A DNA stretch of 64,000 nt. It comes from Fibrobacterales bacterium. Its GTDB lineage: Bacteria; Fibrobacterota; Fibrobacteria; Fibrobacterales; JAOPTW01. The DNA lies in NCBI GenBank assembly GCA_051532035.1, contig JAOPTW010000015.1, forward strand, positions 96,001 through 160,000, in the 5' to 3' direction. The notes under the pieces are model-generated. The model made no database searches. It had not been told where the DNA came from and saw only the letters and a program-made list of their open reading frames with translations. The first letter of the stretch is position 1. The number at the start of each line of letters is the position of its first letter. Position numbers and translations under genes: made by a program. Positions 30,558-40,153 of this stretch are shown piece by piece.

Positions 30558-30968
30558 TTAACAAAGAATGATAACAGTTGCTCTTTGAGCAACCCGTCTT
30601 CTTCGTTCGATGAACTTTAGAACAGGGCTCATTTGATTATTAAGATTTGGCTGTACGAGTACATGCCACTGGACCACTGTGTGTGGGATAAAAATTGACA
30701 CATATTCAGCAAGGGATGCATCGATCTGTTCTGCTTTTGGTACAAGAGTAATATCAATACAATGCTCTTCTACTGGATGAAAAGTTACATCACTCTCAGA
30801 TGCATTGACTTCATTATGACTCTCGCAAGTAGTGTGTGAACTCTCAATATGAGTCTCATCTATATCTGTACAGAGATAGAATACCTCTTCAACAGCTCCC
30901 CCAAAAGAGAACAAGAGATGTGTAAAGAGAAGAGTAAATGCTAGTACCTGTTTCAACAGAGGCCTCAT
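30558..30968 (-). CDS. His/Cys-rich exported protein upstream of czcCBA (CzcI-like)
   Basis: Signal-like N-terminus; LC....H.E..H..C..H and HC.D motifs; position. Confidence 0.6.
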   Translation of the reverse strand: MRPLLKQVLAFTLLFTHLLFSFGGAVEEVFYLCTDIDETHIESSHTTCESHNEVNASESDVTFHPVEEHCIDITLVPKAEQIDASLAEYVSIFIPHTVVQWHVLVQPNLNNQMSPVLKFIERRRRVAQRATVIILC

Positions 30969-31084
30969 AAAATAGTAGCCCTAATATACACTTTATTTGT
31001 AAAAATGCACATTAATCATTTCTATCACCTTTTAAAATATCTCAAAAAGGGCATATTACCGCAAATTAAGCCATTTAATGAGTA

Positions 31085-32329
31085 TTAATAGGTACCATAG
31101 ACTGACTTTAATGAATCATATGCTGGTTTTGGATTACGATCCACATCAACGACCCCAAAAAATTCTTCATTCCACACCAAATCTGGCCATGGCCCCCATC
31201 CACTCTCGGACTCCCATGTAGTATTCGTATCTTGGGTATTCCATCCTTCAAATTCACCCGCTCCCGAATATTTCCACCACTCGTCATTCCACTCGAAGAC
31301 TGTTCCGCCAATAAGCACACCCGACCCACTATTTGTTGCAGAGAGGTTATCCCGTATTTCACGAGTCGTCGCTGCAATGGCATAGGCTTGAGCCTCTTCA
31401 TCTTCTGCCATAATAAGTCGATTGAATGAGTCAGTTCCATATTCAGACATCATAAGAGGTTTATCACTCTCTTTTAAATGATCATCAAAAAGGTTATGAA
31501 AAGAGTCATTGGCATACACCTGAAATGAAAGCACATCTCCCTTTAATTGATTCAAGACATCATACCCTTCCCAAGGGCCTCCCCAGCTCACTACAACTGG
31601 GTGATTATTATCAACTGCTTTAATCTGTTCCACCATATCATTCGTTATTGCTATGGCGCGGTCTAGGCCAAAATCCTCTTCATTATACAAATTGTTATTG
31701 TTGATCTCATTCCCCACCATCCACATAAGAATAGCAGGATGATCACGAAAGTATTTGACGGTATTAATCGCAGTTGATTCTTTATCCCACCTATGATTCG
31801 CGTAGACAGTCATAATTATTTTTATACCATAGGAATGAAGCGTGTCAAGTACCGCTCTCCATGTATCAGTTCTTTTAAAAGGCATATAGGTACGAACAGT
31901 ATTAATATGGGCGGCCTTCATCTGGGCTGCATCTTTGGATGCCCACTCACGATACTGAGGAAGTTGCCCCGAGTGCGGAGCATCACCGACATCATAGGGA
32001 CTCCAACAGACACCTTTTATAATATAGTTCCTATCATTCTCGCCCTCTTTTACCTTTATGGAGTAACCTTCAGTATATACAACCGTTTGAGGAAGGTCAT
32101 CCTGAGAATCACTGGATTCACCTTCTTCTGAGGAAAGACCCTGCTCTACTGAGCTATTCTCTCTTACTTCACTTGATTCGTCATAAACCAAAGATGACGC
32201 ATCATCAGACAGTGATGCGTCACTACTTGAATCCACAGTAACATTTTTATCAGCATTATTAGGTAGGCATCCCACGACACTCACCACGATTATCGTACAT
32301 AATCCCACTATCGATACATTCATTTTCAT
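31085..32329 (-). CDS. Clan GH-A glycoside hydrolase lipoprotein (GH2-TIM-like) with Ser-rich linker
   Basis: Lipobox VVG-C, NTVRTY, HPAILMWMVGNE (acid/base), KPLMMSEYG (nucleophile) and FEWNDEWWK. Confidence 0.8.
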   Translation of the reverse strand: MKMNVSIVGLCTIIVVSVVGCLPNNADKNVTVDSSSDASLSDDASSLVYDESSEVRENSSVEQGLSSEEGESSDSQDDLPQTVVYTEGYSIKVKEGENDRNYIIKGVCWSPYDVGDAPHSGQLPQYREWASKDAAQMKAAHINTVRTYMPFKRTDTWRAVLDTLHSYGIKIIMTVYANHRWDKESTAINTVKYFRDHPAILMWMVGNEINNNNLYNEEDFGLDRAIAITNDMVEQIKAVDNNHPVVVSWGGPWEGYDVLNQLKGDVLSFQVYANDSFHNLFDDHLKESDKPLMMSEYGTDSFNRLIMAEDEEAQAYAIAATTREIRDNLSATNSGSGVLIGGTVFEWNDEWWKYSGAGEFEGWNTQDTNTTWESESGWGPWPDLVWNEEFFGVVDVDRNPKPAYDSLKSVYGTY

Positions 32330-32417
32330 CTCTAATTCACACATTCTTAACCCACGAGCCTTTAAAATAGGTACTCGTATCCCAATATGTATTCTCGTAT
32401 AACGATTTTTAAGAACC

Positions 32418-32447
32418 AACAGCACTATCTGTTCAAATAGTGCTGTT
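32418..32447. terminator. Hairpin/terminator downstream of the hybrid kinase
   Basis: AACAGCACTAT-N8-ATAGTGCTGTT. Confidence 0.6.
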
Positions 32448-32472
32448 AAAAAGAAAGTATGTAAGAGCAGCC

Positions 32473-34038
32473 CTAAATATAGCGATCTATCATACCCATC
32501 AATTGTTGGATAGATATTGGTTTTGGCAGAAAATCTGAAAATCCCGCATTGGTGATCGCCTCTTTATCGCTAACATGAGTAAAGGCAGTCTGGGCTATTA
32601 TGGGGAGTGTACCATGATCAATGCGAATACGTTTAGTCGCCTCTATTCCGTCCATTATTGGCATTTTAACATCCATTAATACCAATTCAACATCGGCATT
32701 CTGAGCAATATACTCGACTGCCTCAAGGCCATTACGGGCAGTTATGACCTCATAAGAGTCTTCAAGCACTGCATCAATAAACCTTAAGTTCAACTCTTCA
32801 TCATCAACGACAAGTACTCTCTTTTTTACAGGCATCTCATTCAATGACACTGGTTGAGCACGTTTAAACACTTCCACTTCCGGAGATATATTCGAAATAG
32901 GCTTCACAATAGGGATGGTAAATGCAAAAGTACTTCCCGCCCCCTCTTCTGAATCACAACTGAGCTCCCCTCCAAGTAACCTTACCAATGCATGGGAAAC
33001 CGCAAGACCAAGCCCTGTTCCACTATCTTCGCAATACTCATTTTTAATTTTGTGAAATCGGTTAAAAATATTTTTACTGTTTACCTTGCTAATTCCTACA
33101 CCGGTATCACGCACATAACATTCAAGCCCCACTTCAGTCACTCGACAACCCAATTCCACAGAACCATGAGGAGTATTTTTTATGGCATTGTCAAGAAGGT
33201 TTACCAACACTTTTTGGAGTCTATCTGGGTCAGTAACCACAGTTGGGATAGTATTAGGCTCTGGCATTTTTAATGACAGAGAAATGGCATGTGGATCAAT
33301 ACGGTAGCGAGTCTGTTGCTCATACACCGAAGTAAACAGCTCTGTGATATCAGCATGATCAATAACCAATTTCATCTGTTCTGAATCGATCTCAGCCATA
33401 TCAACCACATTAGAGACCATATTCTGTAACCGGGCTCCACCTAAATAGATATTTTTAACATACTCTTGGTTGTACTCACCTGTTTTGTTGAGCAGTTCAG
33501 AAAAACCTAGAATCGAATTAAGGGGGGTATTGATTTCATGAGATATATTTTTAAGAAATGCCGATTTGACTCTATCAGCAGTTTCAGCAGCATTTTTTGC
33601 ACTTTTAAGTTCTTGCTCAATTTTGACCTGTTCAGTAATATCGTGATCTATTCCAAACAATTTTACTGGTTCATCATTACAATACTCCGCACAACCAACA
33701 CACAAAAAATGTACAATTTCACCATCTGTCCTGACAATTCTAAAAGTCATCGGCTCAACAACACCACTACTAATCCCATTAGTTATGGTATCATTTACCA
33801 ACCCTCGATCTTCTGGGTAGACCATTGAGGCCATAACATCAGCAAGGTTTTTTGCAGTGGAGGGGTCAATCTGCAACATTTTGAAAAGTTGATCCGACCA
33901 AGTAAGAACCCCTGTCTTTAAATCCATCGACCAGTGCCCAATACCGGAAATTTCTTGGGCTCTCTTATAGAGTGTAACTTCACTCTCTAAGTCAGCTATT
34001 TTTTTTAGGAGTATCTCTTGGTCTTCAGGATTCATCAA
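32473..34038 (-). CDS. Soluble hybrid histidine kinase (PAS-HisKA-HATPase-REC)
   Basis: IGHW..D...G.LTWSD, SHEINTPL, NLLDNAIK, DTGVG, GTGLGL, LMDVKMP and FLPKP. Confidence 0.92.
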   Translation of the reverse strand: MMNPEDQEILLKKIADLESEVTLYKRAQEISGIGHWSMDLKTGVLTWSDQLFKMLQIDPSTAKNLADVMASMVYPEDRGLVNDTITNGISSGVVEPMTFRIVRTDGEIVHFLCVGCAEYCNDEPVKLFGIDHDITEQVKIEQELKSAKNAAETADRVKSAFLKNISHEINTPLNSILGFSELLNKTGEYNQEYVKNIYLGGARLQNMVSNVVDMAEIDSEQMKLVIDHADITELFTSVYEQQTRYRIDPHAISLSLKMPEPNTIPTVVTDPDRLQKVLVNLLDNAIKNTPHGSVELGCRVTEVGLECYVRDTGVGISKVNSKNIFNRFHKIKNEYCEDSGTGLGLAVSHALVRLLGGELSCDSEEGAGSTFAFTIPIVKPISNISPEVEVFKRAQPVSLNEMPVKKRVLVVDDEELNLRFIDAVLEDSYEVITARNGLEAVEYIAQNADVELVLMDVKMPIMDGIEATKRIRIDHGTLPIIAQTAFTHVSDKEAITNAGFSDFLPKPISIQQLMGMIDRYI

Positions 34039-34133
34039 TCACGCTCGCGCTTACATTTAACACTCTATATATAACAATTGTCTAACTATTAATCACAAAT
34101 AGCAATACTATTTCTCCCTTTCTGCTATCACCA

Positions 34134-35186
34134 TCATTCATTACTCAATTTGAACCAATTCACCCATAACACCAGGTCATCATCCTCGCTTACAAAATAG
34201 AGCTTTTTTATATGATTGAGTTCAAAACCATCACTTCCATTTATAGGGAACGCATCATCCATCCAGTCAGAAAGCCCCGTTTTAGGGAGTACTATCACAA
34301 TCTCTCGGTCGTGTATATCTATCAAGTTCAAGGATACCGGCCCCGATGTTCGATACGAGATATTAAGGACCCAGTTCTCATCAATTGCTATACCACCGGG
34401 TTGAGTCAAGTCAAACCCATACTGCCCAGTCGCAGATAAATTCACCCTTATGCAATTATTTTCCGTAACAATTGAAGTATCCTCAACACCTTTTTGTAAA
34501 TCAATTATGAATTGAGGCATAAAATACCCTGGAAGTATAAGGTTTTCGCAAAAACCATACCCCTCAACCTTTTCAGTCTCCTTTGTATCAATATTGAGAT
34601 ATCCCATAAATTGAGGCTCAGCACTTTCAACAACTACATCAATTATGGCATTTCCCATTGTATCGACGAATTGATACTCTCCTTGCGGCATATGTGACGC
34701 CGTAAAAGTAGCGTGCACAGAATCAATTATAGGCTGAACAAATGAGTTTCTTATGGTAAACTCCTGAACCCCACCACTTAAGATGCCCGATACCGAACCC
34801 AATGGAAGGAGAGAAACAGTATCCATTTGGGTTACACTCCCTTGCGTGACCTCAACCGTTGAGAGTATACCATCAGACTCATCAGCCACCTGCACCACCC
34901 ACTCACCAGGCTGCAAGGAATCGAGATGGTAGAAGCCAGCGGTATCAGTTATTGCGCTTTGCGCACAATCAGACACGCGAGAACATGAGTCACTTGATGC
35001 ATACAAGACTGTGGCCTCTGAGACTGGTGAGCCACCTTTAAAAGCAATTCCAGAAATAGAAGCAACCTGTTCGGCATTACCTGCTTCGGTACCCACAAAA
35101 TCTGGCTCCTTTGTACAGTGTAACAGCGCACTCGCCAACAGTACTCCAATTAAACATACCCAATAACGATTACCAATACTTCCCAT
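34134..35186 (-). CDS. Lipoprotein with carboxypeptidase-regulatory-like domain and possible C-terminal CBM-like domain
   Basis: Start at ATG 35186 just after the TIGR02147 stop; LLH-C followed by GTEAGN; TDTAGFY....L.PG.W. Confidence 0.7.
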   Translation of the reverse strand: MGSIGNRYWVCLIGVLLASALLHCTKEPDFVGTEAGNAEQVASISGIAFKGGSPVSEATVLYASSDSCSRVSDCAQSAITDTAGFYHLDSLQPGEWVVQVADESDGILSTVEVTQGSVTQMDTVSLLPLGSVSGILSGGVQEFTIRNSFVQPIIDSVHATFTASHMPQGEYQFVDTMGNAIIDVVVESAEPQFMGYLNIDTKETEKVEGYGFCENLILPGYFMPQFIIDLQKGVEDTSIVTENNCIRVNLSATGQYGFDLTQPGGIAIDENWVLNISYRTSGPVSLNLIDIHDREIVIVLPKTGLSDWMDDAFPINGSDGFELNHIKKLYFVSEDDDLVLWVNWFKLSNE

Positions 35187-35187
35187 A

Positions 35188-36030
35188 TTACCACCCACCT
35201 TTTTTACTATCAATCTCTTTCGAGATGGGAAAAAACTGCATATTACATTGATAGAGTACACTCGTATCAGTTTGATCAGATTCAGCGAGATCGAGAATAT
35301 ATTTCCGAAACTCCTGCATCTCTTTTTTAATTCTTTCAAACATTTCTTGAGAAGCCGAAAAAGATATGGAAGAAATATCCCTCTCTGCCACAGGCATAAT
35401 CGCCAATGCTTCTTTTGCAAAATCAATCATTATATTTTGGAACCCCACAACACTTGTGGAACGAATCTCATTTTTAGAACTTATAAGTGCGTCGACACCA
35501 TGATATTTTCCTTTTGGATCACGCTCAATAAAACCACCTAATTCAAGGAAATAGACCGCTTCCCGCGCCTCTTTCATAGTAATTGCAGGGCGAAGAGATT
35601 GACTTAATGCTTTAAAGTCCTCCAAAAATGGGCGCAGCATGATGAGCTCTCGAATCGCTACAAAATACCAATGCGAGAAAAGGTTCAACTCCACCCCTTC
35701 AAGGTCTTTATACTTAACGGTCTGAACATCTTGAATAATCTCGTAGTTACTCTGCTTATCAGCACTATTTCTTGCCTGATCATATCCTACCAGTGCCTTA
35801 AAATATCGAGCTTCCATTTTTGAATGAGACAACACTACAGATAATTTTTCCACCTGTGAAGGATTAAGGTTTTTTTTTGCCGACAGAACATTTGACAGAA
35901 AACCAGAAGAACTTACCCCAAGCTCTATCATCACCCTCTTTTGACTAAACTGAGGGTCAACAGCTCTTAATACCTTAAAGTGATCTTTAAGGTATATGCG
36001 ATAATTAGAGTAGTGATAAATTGTATCCAT
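35188..36030 (-). CDS. TIGR02147-family (HTH + DUF4423-like) protein
   Basis: Y.NYR.YL.D, FS......GVSS.GFLS.V, WYFVAIREL, ERDISS and YQ.N.QFFP.S. Confidence 0.88.
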   Translation of the reverse strand: MDTIYHYSNYRIYLKDHFKVLRAVDPQFSQKRVMIELGVSSSGFLSNVLSAKKNLNPSQVEKLSVVLSHSKMEARYFKALVGYDQARNSADKQSNYEIIQDVQTVKYKDLEGVELNLFSHWYFVAIRELIMLRPFLEDFKALSQSLRPAITMKEAREAVYFLELGGFIERDPKGKYHGVDALISSKNEIRSTSVVGFQNIMIDFAKEALAIMPVAERDISSISFSASQEMFERIKKEMQEFRKYILDLAESDQTDTSVLYQCNMQFFPISKEIDSKKGGW

Positions 36031-36225
36031 GTGACTCCTTAAGTCAAATCTAATTCCTTACATAGTATTATCATAAAACTTCCTTTACATTTTCAATAAT
36101 TTGCCAATATTTTACAAATAATACTATTTAAGAGATCAAAACTTCCTTTTACTACGTAAAAATGAATATAATATTCCAGACCTCTCCCCCCTTCCATTAG
36201 GGAATCCCAATGCTATATTTTGTCT

Positions 36226-36834
36226 ATGAAACCATATTCAATAATTGCACACCCTACTACTATTGAGCAAGAGATCAAAAAGAGTCGATTTATTGCACAC
36301 GCCCACCCTGTTCTATCAAAAGAAGAGGCCCTCTCTTTTATAGGATCTATAAAAGAGCGCCACAAAACTGCAACGCACAATTGTTGGGCTTATATAGCGG
36401 GTAACCCTCAAGGGTCGCACCTCGGTATGAGTGATGATGGAGAGCCACAAGGCACTGCAGGGCGCCCAATGTTGAGTTACCTTCAGAATCGTAAAATTGG
36501 TGATATTGCGGTAGTAGTCACCCGCTATTCGAGTGGTATAAAACTAGGCACGGGAGGCTTGGTACGCGCCTACACTGGGGCAACTCAAGAAGTTATTGAA
36601 TCAGGCTCTCCCACTATTAAGGTAGACCTTTCTGAGTTCACCTGCTCATATGCCTACACCTTTGATGAGCACATCAGACGAATTATTGCAGACTTCAACG
36701 CGCAGGTAATTAACGCTGATTATAGTGACCGTGTAGTACTCACAATCCTTACACCCTCTGAGACACTAGAAACGCTATTAAGTACCATTACCAGGGAGAC
36801 CAATGGCTCCGCCCTTTTAGATGTGAATATTTAA
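36226..36834 (+). CDS. yigZ: IMPACT/YigZ family protein
   Basis: IKKSRFI, ATHNCWAY, SDDGEP.GTAG.PML and GIKLGTGGLVRAY. Confidence 0.92.
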   Translation: MKPYSIIAHPTTIEQEIKKSRFIAHAHPVLSKEEALSFIGSIKERHKTATHNCWAYIAGNPQGSHLGMSDDGEPQGTAGRPMLSYLQNRKIGDIAVVVTRYSSGIKLGTGGLVRAYTGATQEVIESGSPTIKVDLSEFTCSYAYTFDEHIRRIIADFNAQVINADYSDRVVLTILTPSETLETLLSTITRETNGSALLDVNI

Positions 36835-36848
36835 TGAAAACGAAAACG

Positions 36849-36879
36849 AAAAAAAGCAATAGTGTATAACACTATTGCT
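36849..36879 (-). terminator. rpsT terminator
   Basis: AGCAATAGTGT-ATA-ACACTATTGCT with a U-run on the minus strand. Confidence 0.75.
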
Positions 36880-36905
36880 CAAACTTCAAAAACTGCGCTC
36901 AAATA

Positions 36906-37166
36906 CTATGCGTAAGAGTTTAAAACTTTTTGAATTTTAGATTTGTAATTACCAGCACGGTTTTTGGTAAAACCTGCAAGGTGTTTACGAGCCGCTTTGT
37001 CAAGAAGGCTAAAAATTCTTGGTACTTCTTTCTCAACTACTTCTTTCTTATCAGTAGTACGGATCAATTTCAAACTAGTTCTGATAGTAGAACGGGCAGC
37101 TTTATTGCGAGCAGTTTCTTTTACACTCGTTCTGAGTCTTTTCTTACATGACTTATGATGTGGCAC
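36906..37166 (-). CDS. rpsT: 30S ribosomal protein S20
   Basis: KSCKKRLRTS...RN...RS.IRT and LDKAA.K....N.A...KS. Confidence 0.95.
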   Translation of the reverse strand: MPHHKSCKKRLRTSVKETARNKAARSTIRTSLKLIRTTDKKEVVEKEVPRIFSLLDKAARKHLAGFTKNRAGNYKSKIQKVLNSYA

Positions 37167-37317
37167 TCGGCTACTCCATTTTTAAATTCAAGACAAATGT
37201 ACTAATTTCTTATTTCTCTTGCAATCCACTGAAGTAATAATTTGATTTAATTTTCAATTTTTTACAAAATCAACTAGCTTAGAGCCTTCAAGCCCCGCTA
37301 TCTCACCTCAAATAACT

Positions 37318-38001
37318 CTAGAGCCAATGGCGTATTTCCATAAAAAGCAAGCCAATCACACGATACACCGGCGAAAAGATCAGACTAAAAAGCCCGCCAC
37401 CCTCGAACATAAACTCAGAAACGAGCATTATCATGAGAGGAATATACCCAATTTTATAGAGAATTTGGTTCACCACTATTCTAAACCTCTTAGGAAGAAA
37501 AAATGGATACACTTTACTACCATCAAGGGGAACAAAAGGGAGCATATTAAAAATAAAAAGAGAAATATTACACCAAGCACCAACAACGAGGACCCTACTC
37601 AAGAGCTCCATCCACTGAGTATCAATAGAAAGCCCCGTCTGGAATACAACATTTAACAACCCATACAGTACAAATACAACAGCTGCTAAAAAGAGGTTTG
37701 CCAAAGGCCCTGCAACAGAGATCAACATGGAGTCACGCTCCCATCGCTTCAAATTATATGGGTTGATAGGAACAGGCTTTGCCCAACCGATACCAACTCC
37801 TGCAAAAGATATAATGAGTAAAAAGAGCGTCCCCATAGGATCAAGATGATTTAATGGATTCAAACTGACCCGACCTTGCTCATATGCTGTTGAATCACCC
37901 AATTTATAGGCAACCCATGCATGAGCCCATTCATGAAAGCTTAATGAGACAACCAGTACTAAAAAAAAGATTACCCCACGACGAATAAGCTCTAAATCCA
38001 T
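37318..38001 (-). CDS. Site-2 protease (M50)
   Basis: HEWAH, GWAKPVP, AGP.AN and FNMLP..PLDG. Confidence 0.92.
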   Translation of the reverse strand: MDLELIRRGVIFFLVLVVSLSFHEWAHAWVAYKLGDSTAYEQGRVSLNPLNHLDPMGTLFLLIISFAGVGIGWAKPVPINPYNLKRWERDSMLISVAGPLANLFLAAVVFVLYGLLNVVFQTGLSIDTQWMELLSRVLVVGAWCNISLFIFNMLPFVPLDGSKVYPFFLPKRFRIVVNQILYKIGYIPLMIMLVSEFMFEGGGLFSLIFSPVYRVIGLLFMEIRHWL

Positions 38002-38002
38002 A

Positions 38003-38782
38003 TTAATAGGCCTCAAAAGGGGTTACAGTGAGGGTTGCGCTATTATAGTGATGCTCATCACGGGTATTCATCTGGTACACATTGCGGCCCGCAAACTTCA
38101 CAACTGCATGCCCCGCGGCAATATCCCACTCTTTCAAAGGAGCCATACGAGGATACAAGTCTGCAGTCCCTTCGGCAACAGTACAGAACTTAAGAGAAGA
38201 ACCTACTGTCAGTGGTGATACATTAGCTAAGTGTGCAATATAGTCATCTATTTCAGGCTCTCTATGAGACTTACTCAATAAAGTAATAAGTCCAGATACC
38301 TCAGAAGGCTTCCCATCAATAACCTGAGGCGGCTTCAGGAAGTGTTCACCCTTACTATCGAGTAACACTGAACCGACCCCTTCGGCACTATAATAATGCT
38401 TATCGAGAGCTGGAGCCACTACAACCCCAAGAACTACCTCGGTGCCCCGAATCAAGGCAATATTGATAGTAAACTCATCTTCTCTTTTGGAAAACTCTTT
38501 TGTTCCATCAATGGGATCAACGAGCCAAAAATAGTCCCACTCTTTACGTACATCATAAGAAGCAATATCTCCCTCTTCGGAGACTATTGGTATTGAAGGC
38601 CACTTTTTATTGAGTTCTGAAGTAATATAATTATGTGCCGCGACATCTGCTGAGGTGAGAGGTGACTCATCCTCTTTGTAGGTTACCTCAAATTCTGAAT
38701 GATAGTAATCCATGACAAGAATAGCAGCCGTAGTAGCAATAGCATTAACCCCCTGAAGCATAGACTTCGGAGTGAATTCCAT
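38003..38782 (-). CDS. cysQ: 3'(2'),5'-bisphosphate nucleotidase
   Basis: K.DESPLT.AD, SEE, DPIDGTKEF, GSSLKFC and EWDIAAG. Confidence 0.92.
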   Translation of the reverse strand: MEFTPKSMLQGVNAIATTAAILVMDYYHSEFEVTYKEDESPLTSADVAAHNYITSELNKKWPSIPIVSEEGDIASYDVRKEWDYFWLVDPIDGTKEFSKREDEFTINIALIRGTEVVLGVVVAPALDKHYYSAEGVGSVLLDSKGEHFLKPPQVIDGKPSEVSGLITLLSKSHREPEIDDYIAHLANVSPLTVGSSLKFCTVAEGTADLYPRMAPLKEWDIAAGHAVVKFAGRNVYQMNTRDEHHYNSATLTVTPFEAY

Positions 38783-40020
38783 TATTTGAGGCTCTCAATC
38801 CAAGAATAACTTTCGAGGGTGGCAGAAACCAGATCTTCATTGTTGATGTTGAGTTTTTCCAAGATCTCTTTAACACGATCTAAGTCATACTGCTCTGAAG
38901 AGAGGATCAGTTCTAGTACCACACCAAGCTCACCATCTTTGTCGAGAATCGCTGTCGATATTTCTTTGGTCACATTGAGTTCTTCGAGTATTTCATTGAT
39001 ACTTACATGGAGTAACGCATCGAGCTGTGAAAGCATTCCCACAAGAAATGCTCTATCGAGAAGTTCTTGACTCGCTTTTTTATGGATGCGCTTATAGAGA
39101 AGTTCCATACTTTTAGCACGCTGACTCGCTGTAATAAAGAGTGGGTTAGCCCCAGTCTCTCCCCTATACGATTTCGCATAGAGCATAATATAGAGCCACT
39201 GAAGAATACGTTTTTCTCCCAATAGAGCAAGAGCCTGCCGTACAGACTGAATGTCGTTTCCTCTTGAAAGCGCTGCAGAGTTCACATATTTAAAAAGTGA
39301 GAAAGTAAGATCGGGATACTTTTTGAACTCATTTTCGATCAATTCAATTTCGGCCCCTTGCTGTAAGAGTCGTACGAGGTCGAGAACAGCGATCTCTTTA
39401 TGATCAATATGTTTGCCTTTAATAATAACAGGTTTCGCAAAGAAGAAGCCTTGGAAGAGGTCGAACCCCATTTCCTTGCACTGTTCAAACACTTCGAGTG
39501 TTTCAACTTTCTCTGCGAGAAGCTCTACCCCTTTATCCTTAAAAATTCCGAGCTTACCGGCAAGTGAGCTCATATCATTCAGCATTATATCGATTTTCAC
39601 TATCGATATCAGATCTAAAAGGGGTGCAAATTTTTTGAGATTTTCATCGTTCACTACAAAATCATCGAGGGCAAATACATACCCTTCATTCTTCATTTTA
39701 GTCACTTCAACGATGAAATCATCTGATATTTCAGTAGTCTCTAGAAATTCAAAAACAAATTTAGTCCGATCAAATGGTTCGAAAATATTTTTCTCAATGA
39801 TCTTCTCATTGATATTCACAAAGCCCAATTTATCACCAAGTACTCGGTTGACACCTATTGAACTCAGAACGGTTACCATTACTCGTGAAGTCGCAAGTAC
39901 ATCATCATCGAAACGAGCGGTATTATCATCGAGACTATCTCGAAAAAGGAGTTCATAAGCAATAATCTCTTGCTCACCATTCAGAATGGGTTGTCTACCA
40001 ATAAATACATTTTTGTTCAT
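38782..40020 (-). CDS. EAL + HDOD c-di-GMP phosphodiesterase
   Basis: RQPI, YELLFR, ALDDF, KID, LAEKVE, FQGFF and NSA...S..QA..LLG; start at ATG 40020. Confidence 0.9.
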   Translation of the reverse strand: MNKNVFIGRQPILNGEQEIIAYELLFRDSLDDNTARFDDDVLATSRVMVTVLSSIGVNRVLGDKLGFVNINEKIIEKNIFEPFDRTKFVFEFLETTEISDDFIVEVTKMKNEGYVFALDDFVVNDENLKKFAPLLDLISIVKIDIMLNDMSSLAGKLGIFKDKGVELLAEKVETLEVFEQCKEMGFDLFQGFFFAKPVIIKGKHIDHKEIAVLDLVRLLQQGAEIELIENEFKKYPDLTFSLFKYVNSAALSRGNDIQSVRQALALLGEKRILQWLYIMLYAKSYRGETGANPLFITASQRAKSMELLYKRIHKKASQELLDRAFLVGMLSQLDALLHVSINEILEELNVTKEISTAILDKDGELGVVLELILSSEQYDLDRVKEILEKLNINNEDLVSATLESYSWIESLK

Positions 40021-40153
40021 AAACGGTGTTAGACCCTGATATACTGCTAAAGTGTCATTATAGAATAATAACACCTTTTGTACTACTCTGAGCCGATTAT
40101 TTTTGATATTTTTACATAAATACTCTGATTTCAATAGAAACACTGAAGGCCGT

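Noticed and set aside
35187..35426. Long N-terminal extension of the lipoprotein ORF
   Set aside because: It overlaps the TIGR02147 gene; the SD and signal peptide fit ATG 35186.
22390..36220. Integrative element with att duplication of the tRNA 3' end
   Set aside because: No integrase or transposase, and no repeat of the tRNA end found by eye.
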